From Desulfomonilia bacterium (GTDB lineage Bacteria > Desulfobacterota > Desulfomonilia > UBA1062): a DNA stretch of 64,000 nucleotides. Position numbers and translations under genes: made by a program. Location of the stretch: NCBI GenBank assembly GCA_963664325.2, contig CAXXDQ010000007.1, positions 128,001 through 192,000 on the forward strand. The letters run 5' to 3'. The notes below the pieces were generated by a model. It did not search any database. It saw only the letters and a list, made by a program, of their open reading frames with translations, and was not told the origin of the DNA. This document shows, piece after piece, positions 18,720-28,160 of the stretch (position 1 is the first letter of the stretch; each line of letters opens with the position of its first letter).

Positions 18720-20060
18720 CTAATGCTGGCTTTCAGCAATTCTCTGTAAAGGTTCTTTAATCTCTGATTCAAACAGAATGAATTCCTCACCAAAAAGTTC
18801 CTTATATGTTCCTAAAAACTCTTTAGTTGTTCTGAATTCTTTAAAGAGAGGCCAAGAAGAATAATCTTGTCTTCTTACTGAACCATCTTTTCCTATACGT
18901 TTCATTATTCTTATTGTTTCATCTTTGCGATCATGTAAAACGGCAACAGCTAGTTTGAATTTGTCTTCACATGCAGACCAATCTTGAGTATCGAGTAGTT
19001 TACAGGCTTTGTCTGTATCTCCAGTGAACTTATAAGCTATGGCTAGGTTGATCAGATTCATGCGCCTTATGTTATCTGAAGATTTTTTTATAAGAGTTTC
19101 TTCGGCAAAATGCAAAAGGATCTTCGTAAGGGAATACCATTCATCGGACAAGAACTCATAGGTGATCAGGTGAAGGGCATTGTCTGCTTTTTCTAACTCT
19201 TTCGGCTCTAATTTTCGCCACAGGACATGCCCTAATTTTACGCCGATTTCGATTATGCAATCAATCGCTTGTTTGAAATACTCTGTGGAAACAGTTAGTT
19301 GATCACCCACTTTAAGGTTTTTCTTATGAACGAACCCATGTTGCTTACACATATCTAGGTATTGTGATGAAACAATGCCATCACAATGCACAAAAAGATT
19401 TCGTCGCTCTGTAAGTTCAATAAATTGCGGCCAAGCTGGGAGGTCCTTTCTAAGCGTAAGATCAAATCGTTTCTCCATCCAATCGAATTGAACTGCATGA
19501 CTTTCACGTATAATTGATTCGACTTCCTTTTCAATTAAAAATTCTTGAGCTGCTTCTATTGATTGATATTTTAATAAATCAGAAAAGGTCATATGCTTTT
19601 GTGATACATGCATTGTTTCTGGCCTAACACGAAAACACTCTCGGAGAATATTACCAAGATAAGCATCATACTGATGAACAAGAGAACAGAAAAAGATCCT
19701 TGGTACATTTTTAAAAGCTAATGTCGCTGTAGAAACGTCTTTCATATGAATTTTGAACGAATATACATCGTTGGGCTTGATAATAAATGATTTACCATCC
19801 TCTTTCTCTGATGTCTTTATTCCTCGTTTATCGATAAACTTTAAGAATTCCTCAGAATGTTTTTTCATTGCATCAAGTACTGTGGACATTGTCATATTGG
19901 TTGCTCTTGAAAGACTCTCAATCTCAGCAACAAATTTTGAGATATGGTGCTCAAACTCTGATTGCCTGTTTGTTGTATCGGGAGGTATATTCGATTTTTT
20001 AGACACTTCTTTTTTAACTTGAGAATGATTTGAAGAAACCTTTTTGATATTCTTTGACAT
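18720..20060 (-). CDS. AT-rich hypothetical protein with HEPN-like RxxxxH motif and helical/TPR-like C-terminus
   Basis: 'ELTERRNLFVHCDGIVS' motif with upstream 'SLVHQYDAYL' helix; markedly AT-rich; ATG 20060 behind GGAGG. Confidence 0.6.
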   Translation of the reverse strand: MSKNIKKVSSNHSQVKKEVSKKSNIPPDTTNRQSEFEHHISKFVAEIESLSRATNMTMSTVLDAMKKHSEEFLKFIDKRGIKTSEKEDGKSFIIKPNDVYSFKIHMKDVSTATLAFKNVPRIFFCSLVHQYDAYLGNILRECFRVRPETMHVSQKHMTFSDLLKYQSIEAAQEFLIEKEVESIIRESHAVQFDWMEKRFDLTLRKDLPAWPQFIELTERRNLFVHCDGIVSSQYLDMCKQHGFVHKKNLKVGDQLTVSTEYFKQAIDCIIEIGVKLGHVLWRKLEPKELEKADNALHLITYEFLSDEWYSLTKILLHFAEETLIKKSSDNIRRMNLINLAIAYKFTGDTDKACKLLDTQDWSACEDKFKLAVAVLHDRKDETIRIMKRIGKDGSVRRQDYSSWPLFKEFRTTKEFLGTYKELFGEEFILFESEIKEPLQRIAESQH

Positions 20061-20211
20061 ATTACCTCCCCGATTCAAATTTACAAACTTTCTATTTTTA
20101 AAAATTAATAGCATATAATTTTATTAGATGTATATTCTTTGTAGTTTTAAATCTAAAAAATATTAAATTACTAGGTTTCACGCCAAATAGTAAACAAAGA
20201 GCTACCAACAA

Positions 20212-20334
20212 TTCCGATTTATATTCAAGATGATGTCGAGGAGGCAAGGAGGAAGCGACGCAGGCATACTTTGACGTATGTTGAGGAGCATTCCGACGTA
20301 GCCGACAAAGACAGAGCTTGAATAGGAACCGGAA
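20212..20334. repeat. About 120-bp imperfect palindromic intergenic element (REP/MITE-like)
   Basis: Ends TTCCG...TATTCAAG / CTTGAATA...CGGAA are inverted; central CATAC-TTTGAC-GTATG hairpin; lies just after the mutL stop. Confidence 0.6.
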
Positions 20335-20337
20335 ATA

Positions 20338-22005
20338 TCAAGGTTTGCGTCCTATCCATCGCTCGATTTCGTTGATTGGAATACGTTTGAATATCGGCCT
20401 CCCGTGCGGACATGTAGTCGGTGCGCCCGCTTCATCCAACTGGCGTAGGAGCGCGGATATCTCGGGTTGCGTCAGCGTCTTTCCCGCGCGTACGCTTGAA
20501 TGGCAGGCGATGCGGGATATGATTTCATTCCTTCGTTCATCGGTCTGCTTCGGAAGGGGCTCGTGGACAATCTCATGGATGATGTCCTTTATGTCGGAAT
20601 CCTTGAGCAGTGTTGGGACTGTCCTTACCGCAATTTCTGTTTCACCGAACGGCTCCGCCTCGATTCCGATCGCCTCAAGCTGGTCCATGATCTCTTCAAA
20701 GGCTGCAAACTCAGGTACCGAAAGCTCGACAACAACAGGGTACAGCAGGGCCTGGCTGCCTGAGATGCCGGAACTTTTGAGCCTGTCAAAGACTATGCGT
20801 TCGTGGGAGGCATGCTGGTCGAGTATGTAGAACGCGTCATCGTCGTTCAAGAGGATATAGGTGGATTTGAGCACGCCTATCACGGATTTGTCGGAATAGA
20901 ATCCCCGCCGCTCGACATAGTCTTCGATAAAGGATGCCTGGGCAGACTGATTTTCATATACGGGCCTTCCGATAATGTAAGGTTCATCAGGCTCGCAAAC
21001 GGCGTCATAACGGTTGCATGCCAATGATGAAAGGGCTTCCCTGACAATTGAAACGACAAGTCCGTAAACCCGCGACGGCTCCCTGAACCTGACCTCGGCC
21101 TTTGTCGGATGCACGTTCACATCGACATCCGCGGGCTCGATATCGATGAAGAGCACGACCACCGGATAGCGCCCTCGCATGAGCAGGCCGGAAAAGCCTT
21201 CCAGAACAGCGCCCGATACCACTGTATCCTTGACGGTCCGGCCGTTCACAAAGGCATAGATAAAAGAGCGCGTGGGACGGTTGACATCGGGAGTGGCGAG
21301 CATGCCGTGTACATGAAGCCCCGGGGCCTGCCTGGAAAACTCTTTCATGTGCTCCTTGAAGTCTGCGCCTGCGATAATGCCGGCCCGGTCCGCCCGGGAC
21401 ATGGATGCGGGTATGCTGAAAATCCTGCGCCCCTCTGTCGTGACGGAAAAGGTTATTTCCGGGTGCGCCAGGGCCGACCTCGATATGACGTCGAGCATGT
21501 TCTTCTGTTCGGTTGCCGGTGTTTTCAGGAACTTCTTTCTTGCGGGCATGTTGTAAAAGAGGTCGCGGACTTCTATTATTGTGCCCGCAGGCATGCCTTT
21601 TTTGCCTCGTTCGATTATCTCTCCGGCCTCCATAACAATAAAAGAGCCCGATGAGGACTGCTCCTGCCTTGAAGAGACCGTCATCCTGCTTACCGCGGCG
21701 ATGCTGGGCACGGCTTCGCCGCGGAACCCGAGCGTTCTGATGTTGAATAAATCTTCCGACGTTTCCAGCTTGCTTGTGGCATGCCTGAGCACCGCTGTTT
21801 CAAGGTCGGTCTCATCCATGCCCGAGCCGTTGTCGGCAACACGGATAAGCTCGATGCCGGCTCCGGAGAATTCAATGGATATGGACGTGGCACCGGCATC
21901 TATGGAATTTTCGACAAGCTCTTTCACCACGGACGCAGGCCGCTCTATGACCTCGCCCGCCGCAATCAGGCCTATCAGCTCTTTGGGGAGAATTCTGACT
22001 TTCAT
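20338..22005 (-). CDS. mutL: DNA mismatch repair endonuclease MutL
   Basis: IAAGEVIERPASVVKELVENSIDAGA, GFRGEA, DVNVHPTKAEVRF, endonuclease motifs DQHASHER and CPHGRP. Confidence 0.97.
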   Translation of the reverse strand: MKVRILPKELIGLIAAGEVIERPASVVKELVENSIDAGATSISIEFSGAGIELIRVADNGSGMDETDLETAVLRHATSKLETSEDLFNIRTLGFRGEAVPSIAAVSRMTVSSRQEQSSSGSFIVMEAGEIIERGKKGMPAGTIIEVRDLFYNMPARKKFLKTPATEQKNMLDVISRSALAHPEITFSVTTEGRRIFSIPASMSRADRAGIIAGADFKEHMKEFSRQAPGLHVHGMLATPDVNRPTRSFIYAFVNGRTVKDTVVSGAVLEGFSGLLMRGRYPVVVLFIDIEPADVDVNVHPTKAEVRFREPSRVYGLVVSIVREALSSLACNRYDAVCEPDEPYIIGRPVYENQSAQASFIEDYVERRGFYSDKSVIGVLKSTYILLNDDDAFYILDQHASHERIVFDRLKSSGISGSQALLYPVVVELSVPEFAAFEEIMDQLEAIGIEAEPFGETEIAVRTVPTLLKDSDIKDIIHEIVHEPLPKQTDERRNEIISRIACHSSVRAGKTLTQPEISALLRQLDEAGAPTTCPHGRPIFKRIPINEIERWIGRKP

Positions 22006-22014
22006 GTCAATAGA

Positions 22015-22175
22015 AGTAGACAGGAGACAGTAGACAGGAGACAGCATAGAATCAAATCTGATCTCCAAATGATGAACCTGGGAGAAAAAGGTTCAATTAA
22101 ATTTCTATTTGAAAGCCTGAAAAGGTTTTGTCTCACGTCTTTCTACTGTCTCCTATCTCCTGTCTACTGTCTCCT
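22015..22175. repeat. Inverted pair of heptamer tandem repeats (AGTAGAC/AGGAGAC)n
   Basis: 22015-22044 AGTAGAC AGGAGAC AGTAGAC AGGAGAC AG; 22142-22175 carries the reverse-complement units CTACTGT/CTCCTGT. Confidence 0.85.
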
Positions 22176-22195
22176 TTTTTCTGTCTCACTCTGTT

Positions 22196-23566
22196 CTACT
22201 TTATTTCAAACACCAGCCGGTCCACTTCTGTGACCGGTTTCGCCTTGCCCTCGTAGCCCTTCCTGCCCATGAGGTCGAACGTGATGACCTTGCCGAGCTC
22301 CACTCCGGGCTGGTCATAGGGGTTCACGTCGAGCAGGTAGCAGAAGAACGACGTCGCGATCATGAAGAACATGAACATGGCGCCCAGGGTTTCCTCGTTT
22401 ATCGCATCAAGAGTTATGCGTGTGGCCATGCGCTTATTTTCGATGAGCGCGCCCCATGTGCCTTTTGCCTCGGACTGGATCAGCCTGTTTATGGTCTTGC
22501 CGCAGAGATAGCCCATTTCGGCGGTGTTTTCGAAGACCGCGGGAATGGTGATCTCTTTGCGGTATTTCTTAACGTCTATGATGTTCACAACCTTGTCGAA
22601 CGGGCCTTCCATGTAGAGCTGGCACTGGGAATGCTGGTCGGTTGCGCCGAGGGCCTTGATTGGCGTCTGGCCGGCGAATACGGTCTTTCCTTTAAGCGAT
22701 GTCTTTTTGCCGCTGCTTTCGGCCCAGAGCTGGCAGTACCAGTCGGACAGGTCGAAGAGCGCATTGGAGTAGGGCATGAGCACGGACATGTTTGCGCCTT
22801 TGACCGATGCCAGGAAATGAATCGCAGCATAAAGATAGGCCGGGTTTGAAAAGACATCCGGGACAATTGTTGCATCTCTCATTTCCCCCGCACCTTTCAT
22901 GAAGGCATCGATATCTATTCCGAGAAGGGCGGAAGGCAGGAGGCCCACCGGGGTCAGCGTGCTGAACCGGCCGCCCACTTCGGGCGGGACCGGGAGGTTA
23001 GCTATGCCTTCGCTGTCGGCTATCTTTCTAAGGATGCCGTTTTTCGGGTCGGTTATTATGGCAAGGTGATTTTTGTATTTGTCTCCCAGCTGTTTTTTAA
23101 GCCTGTCATAGACGAGCATGAACTGCGAGGCGGTCTCTGCCGTGCCGCCCGATTTGCTGACGACAATAAAGAGCGTTTCTTCAAGCCTGATGTTGTCAAG
23201 GGTAACTGACATGAGCTCGGGGTCGACGTTGTCCCAGAAGAATATCCTGGGGTCGCCGCCCAGGTTGTAAAAGGGCGGTTTTATCGCCGAAAACATGGCT
23301 TTGGGGCCGAGTGAAGACCCGCCTATGCCGAGATGGACGATGTTCCTGAACCGGCCCTTGAGCTTTGCGGCCAGGGCCTTTACGGTGTCAAGCACAGCCT
23401 TTCCTTCGGGCAGGTCCTGGAATTTTATCCTGCCCTCAGCCCTGTTGGCGGTCATTGTTTCATGGGCAGCCCTGCAGAGCGGCATTATGGCTTCGATATC
23501 CTTTTGGGCGATCCCGCGGTTTCCGATCAGGGCATCGCTTGTACCGGAAAAATCAAATCTGATCAT
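22196..23566 (-). CDS. pgi: Glucose-6-phosphate isomerase
   Basis: GIGGSSLG, SKSGGTAET, VGGRFS, QLWAESSGK, DQHS, PYDQPGVELGK. Confidence 0.96.
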   Translation of the reverse strand: MIRFDFSGTSDALIGNRGIAQKDIEAIMPLCRAAHETMTANRAEGRIKFQDLPEGKAVLDTVKALAAKLKGRFRNIVHLGIGGSSLGPKAMFSAIKPPFYNLGGDPRIFFWDNVDPELMSVTLDNIRLEETLFIVVSKSGGTAETASQFMLVYDRLKKQLGDKYKNHLAIITDPKNGILRKIADSEGIANLPVPPEVGGRFSTLTPVGLLPSALLGIDIDAFMKGAGEMRDATIVPDVFSNPAYLYAAIHFLASVKGANMSVLMPYSNALFDLSDWYCQLWAESSGKKTSLKGKTVFAGQTPIKALGATDQHSQCQLYMEGPFDKVVNIIDVKKYRKEITIPAVFENTAEMGYLCGKTINRLIQSEAKGTWGALIENKRMATRITLDAINEETLGAMFMFFMIATSFFCYLLDVNPYDQPGVELGKVITFDLMGRKGYEGKAKPVTEVDRLVFEIK

Positions 23567-23693
23567 GCGTATCCTCCTGAAGAGCCGATTGATGTGCGCT
23601 GAATTCCGCCGGTTCTTTTAAGATTGTTATACAGATTAAAGCTTATCAATCAATGCTAATTCAAACCTGATAGGAAAATATCATTTATCGTCG

Positions 23694-24191
23694 CTATCTT
23701 ATAATTTCAATTTTCCGCAGCCATTCGGACACTTTGTCTTGCGCGGTTCTTGCCACGCTGCCCCTGATGGCGATGCCGTCCAGCAAAGTCGATTTAGGGC
23801 AGAGTTTTGAGATGTCCGATGCGCTTCGTCCCATGCTGCTCCCTTCATGCGTGCAGAACGGTGCAATTCTCTTGCCCGAAAAATCGTATTCCAGCAGAAA
23901 GGTTTTTACGGCAGCCGGAAAAGTGCCCCACCAGACAGGGTAGCCTGTGAAAACCAGATCATACGACTCGAAATTTTCAATCTTTGTTTTCAGTGGCGGT
24001 CTGTACCCGGAGTCCAGTTCCTGCCTTGCCTGTTTTACAACCGCATCGTAATCATGGGGATACGGTTTTACGGCCTGAATTTCAAAGATATTGCCGCCAG
24101 TGCTTTTGTGGATTTGACCGGCAATTTCCCGCGTGTTGCCGCTGTGGGAAAAATAGGCCACCAGAATATTTTCTGTCATACCTGCTTGCAT
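23694..24191 (-). CDS. Flavodoxin (Flavodoxin_4 type)
   Basis: YFSHSGNT, GYPVWWG, PFCTHEGS. Confidence 0.88.
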   Translation of the reverse strand: MQAGMTENILVAYFSHSGNTREIAGQIHKSTGGNIFEIQAVKPYPHDYDAVVKQARQELDSGYRPPLKTKIENFESYDLVFTGYPVWWGTFPAAVKTFLLEYDFSGKRIAPFCTHEGSSMGRSASDISKLCPKSTLLDGIAIRGSVARTAQDKVSEWLRKIEIIR

Positions 24192-24302
24192 ACCGTTTCT
24201 CCCTTGCTTTTCGTTGCCATTCCGATTCGCATTCAATCGGCGCCTTTACGGAGTCAATATCCGCCTTGCCTGTGCAGCCCTGCTCAAACTCACTGTTGTC
24301 CC

Positions 24303-25319
<1,017 letters not shown>

Positions 25320-25531
25320 CTAAATTTTTTCAACAATTGCTTTTCAGGAATATATTTATTGTATAAGCAGACGCAAAGACATGTCTGCCTGAAACTCTCA
25401 ACTGTTGAAACAATCCTATCGATTTATACCATGCTTTCATGGCGGTCAATTTCCGCACATGCTCCTCAACGCAGGTGTCTGCAAAAACCGGAAGCCCCGG
25501 CCGGATAGATGCAGTCAATCTTGATGCGTCC

Positions 25532-26107
25532 CTATCTGCCCCTGGGCATAGCAAGGATCTCGAGCACCTCGAGGTCCAGGAAGCGTTTCGACGGCCGGGC
25601 CTTTATGAGCATGACCGTGTCCGAGCCATGGCCGGATCCTGCTGCAGCGAGGACTTCGGCGCCTTCCGGGACAAGACCCGCGTCGCAGGCCTCCATCACG
25701 ATCTCGATGCAGACCTTGGCGCCTTCGCCGAACCGCCGCAGCGTGCCTGCTATTATCATGGCGGTCGTATTCCCGCCGAATTTATCCATCACTGACTTTT
25801 CAAGGGAATGGGTGAGTATGGTACCGGTATAAACCGGCACGCTGTTTTCCTTGAGCATCTGCCTTACGCGCGGATCGAATTCATCGTGGTTTTCTTCCTT
25901 GAAGTTGGCGCTGTGGGTCACAATGACAAGATTCGGGCCTGTTCCCTTCAGCGCATTGAAAAAGGCTTCCGCGTTCCGGCCCGAAGTCGATGCAATAACG
26001 ACATGCTTCGAAAGGCCTTCAGAGACCGCCTTTTTTATGATTTCAACACAGCCTGACGAGTTATGCTCACCGGGTTTTTCAAATATGGCCACCTGCCTGA
26101 AATTCAT
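25532..26107 (-). CDS. Pyruvate-kinase C-terminal-like alpha/beta domain protein (DUF1867/MTH1675-like)
   Basis: F.KPG..N, VIASTSG, LVIVTH, LRRFGEG.KVCIEI..EA.DAG motifs. Confidence 0.8.
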   Translation of the reverse strand: MNFRQVAIFEKPGEHNSSGCVEIIKKAVSEGLSKHVVIASTSGRNAEAFFNALKGTGPNLVIVTHSANFKEENHDEFDPRVRQMLKENSVPVYTGTILTHSLEKSVMDKFGGNTTAMIIAGTLRRFGEGAKVCIEIVMEACDAGLVPEGAEVLAAAGSGHGSDTVMLIKARPSKRFLDLEVLEILAMPRGR

Positions 26108-26187
26108 ATGCCGCTCCTGTTTCAGCTTTATTTTATGCGTATATGATAAAACAAAACAGGCAGTGGCGTCGAGTGTTTGTTAAAGAA

Positions 26188-26412
26188 TCAGACCCTGAAC
26201 CTCGCGGGGAGTGCATGGCATGAACAGTTCAACGGGGGCCTTTGACGCCTCCGGGAACGGGATGCCGAGACAAGGCCGGACAGCTTTGTCCTTATTGCCG
26301 GGGCCGCAGCTTCATAAACCCTGCATATGATTTCGCCTGCAACCAGGAGTCCGACAGTACCGGAAACAAAAAACGATACCAAGCCGATGCCTTCAAAAAT
26401 CGTCTGATCCAT
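26188..26412 (-). CDS. Small single-TM hypothetical protein
   Basis: Strong RBS GGAGGT before ATG 26412; one hydrophobic helix, basic tail. Confidence 0.45.
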   Translation of the reverse strand: MDQTIFEGIGLVSFFVSGTVGLLVAGEIICRVYEAAAPAIRTKLSGLVSASRSRRRQRPPLNCSCHALPARFRV

Positions 26413-26546
26413 AAACCACCTCCGTATCGAGGCATATGTAATTCGCAGCGGCCCGAATGATAATCCCTTTCCGACATACGTGTGTCGCATTATTTTCAGG
26501 ATGCGTCCATGCCTGAAATGAGGCCTTTAAGCGGATATCGGTGCTA

Positions 26547-27185
26547 TCAGGAAATCAGTCCCTTGTACCCCTTCCATATGATCTCAACTCCGATGGCCAG
26601 GAGAATGAAGGCGGACAGTTTAGTTACCACCTGGATGCCCTGCTTGCCCAGCCGGCCGAAGAAATATCCCGAGTACCTGTAGGATACGAAGACTACGAAT
26701 GACATTATCGCGATGCCTGCGGCGACTCCGGCAAAGTTCAGCCATGTGTCCAGTTTCAGGAGAGAGCCCGTCGGAATAAGGGTCAATGTTACTGCGATTG
26801 TTCCGGGGCCTGCTGTTATCGGCATGGTCATTGGGAAAAAGACCTTTGAATTGCTGTCGCTTTTGAAGCCGTCATTCCTTGATTTGCTGTCTCCAGTGCC
26901 GTTGTTGAGCATCTGCCAGGCCATATTGAACAACAGTATTCCGCCGGCAATCCTGATGACGTGTATGGATATGTCGAGGAGCTTCAGAATCCAGCCGCCG
27001 ACAAAAAGGACAACCAGCAGCAGTATGAGCGTATACCAGCTTATCTTGCCTGCCAGCCGGTTTCTCTCGCCGACGGAGATGTCCGATGTCATATCGAGAA
27101 AGATCGGGGTCATGGCTGGCGGATTGACTATCGGGAAAAGGGCAAGAAAGGAAAATGCGGCAATATTAATAAACTCGCGAACCAT
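26547..27185 (-). CDS. MarC-family membrane protein
   Basis: IVNP, IAGGILL, FFPMTMPITAGPGTI, FILLAIGV. Confidence 0.9.
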   Translation of the reverse strand: MVREFINIAAFSFLALFPIVNPPAMTPIFLDMTSDISVGERNRLAGKISWYTLILLLVVLFVGGWILKLLDISIHVIRIAGGILLFNMAWQMLNNGTGDSKSRNDGFKSDSNSKVFFPMTMPITAGPGTIAVTLTLIPTGSLLKLDTWLNFAGVAAGIAIMSFVVFVSYRYSGYFFGRLGKQGIQVVTKLSAFILLAIGVEIIWKGYKGLIS

Positions 27186-27215
27186 GACAACCTCCTGAAA
27201 GAATAATTTTAGAAC

Positions 27216-28040
27216 TCATCCCGTTTTTCCCAGAAGAATACCGTAGATTTCGTTTTTGGGCCTTTTATACAAGTCGTGCAGAATCCTGGCGGCGTCGCGT
27301 TTTGAACACCCGCTTTCGAGCAGCTCTCCGGCCTTGACCGCGATATCAGGAAGCTCCTCCCTTTCAACTGCACAGCCGCTTATGATAACCGTTATCTCGC
27401 CTTTCGGCTCCGCATCCCTGAACCGGGAAATGGCTTCGCTTACGCTGCCCGTAAAATATTCCTCATGAACCTTGGTTAGCTCCCGGGCGATGCAGGTCCG
27501 GACATCCCCCAGATGTTCCCTGATGAATTCAAGTGTTGAAAGAAGCCTTAAGGGGGATTCGTAGAAGACGGTTGCTTCATCCGGGTTCTTCATCTTCGCG
27601 ATCTCTGAGAGGGCCTGCTTCTCCTTTCTCGGGAAGAAGCCTGTAAACCGGAACCTGCAGTCAAGGCCGGAGGCGCTCAGCGCAGTTACAAAGGCGCATG
27701 CGCCGGGCAGGGCGACAACGCTGATGCCCTTACTTCTCGCCTCGATGACAAGCCTGGCGCCGGGGTCGCTTATCAGGGGCGTGCCTCCGTCGCTGACGAG
27801 CGCGATATTTTCACCGTGATCAAGTCTTTCAATCAAAGCTTTGAGTCTTCTGCTCTCGCTGAATTTTTCATACGAAAGAAGGGGTTTCTTGATTTCGTAA
27901 TGGTTCAGCAGTTTGAGCGTGTGGCGCGTGTCTTCGCATGCGACAAGATCGACCTCTGATAATGTTTCAAGAGCCCTTAATGTTATGTCCCTGAGGTTGC
28001 CGATAGGAGTGGGTACTATGAAGAGCGTGCCTTTTCCCAT
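27216..28040 (-). CDS. rsmI: 16S rRNA (cytidine1402-2'-O)-methyltransferase
   Basis: PTPIGNL.DIT.RA, CEDTRHT, SDGGTPLISDPG, YESP.R, RELTKVHEE. Confidence 0.95.
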   Translation of the reverse strand: MGKGTLFIVPTPIGNLRDITLRALETLSEVDLVACEDTRHTLKLLNHYEIKKPLLSYEKFSESRRLKALIERLDHGENIALVSDGGTPLISDPGARLVIEARSKGISVVALPGACAFVTALSASGLDCRFRFTGFFPRKEKQALSEIAKMKNPDEATVFYESPLRLLSTLEFIREHLGDVRTCIARELTKVHEEYFTGSVSEAISRFRDAEPKGEITVIISGCAVEREELPDIAVKAGELLESGCSKRDAARILHDLYKRPKNEIYGILLGKTG

Positions 28041-28160
28041 TGAATTCGACTTTCCTCCCATCACTCACCCTTTATTACAGAATTTATTTGCTTTCTTTCC
28101 TTTCCCGGGCCGGGATAATGATGTATATGTCATCTGTTTTATACAAAGTGAAGGGTAAAA

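Noticed and set aside
18270-18730. GTTAGGA/ATTAGGA as integron attC core sites
   Set aside because: They do not fit GTTRRRY, no matching inverse core with a proper attC stem was found, and there is no intI in the window
22006-22068. Extended mutL N-terminus (MEIRFDSMLSPVYCLLST)
   Set aside because: It is translation through the heptamer repeat; MutL homology starts at Met 22005
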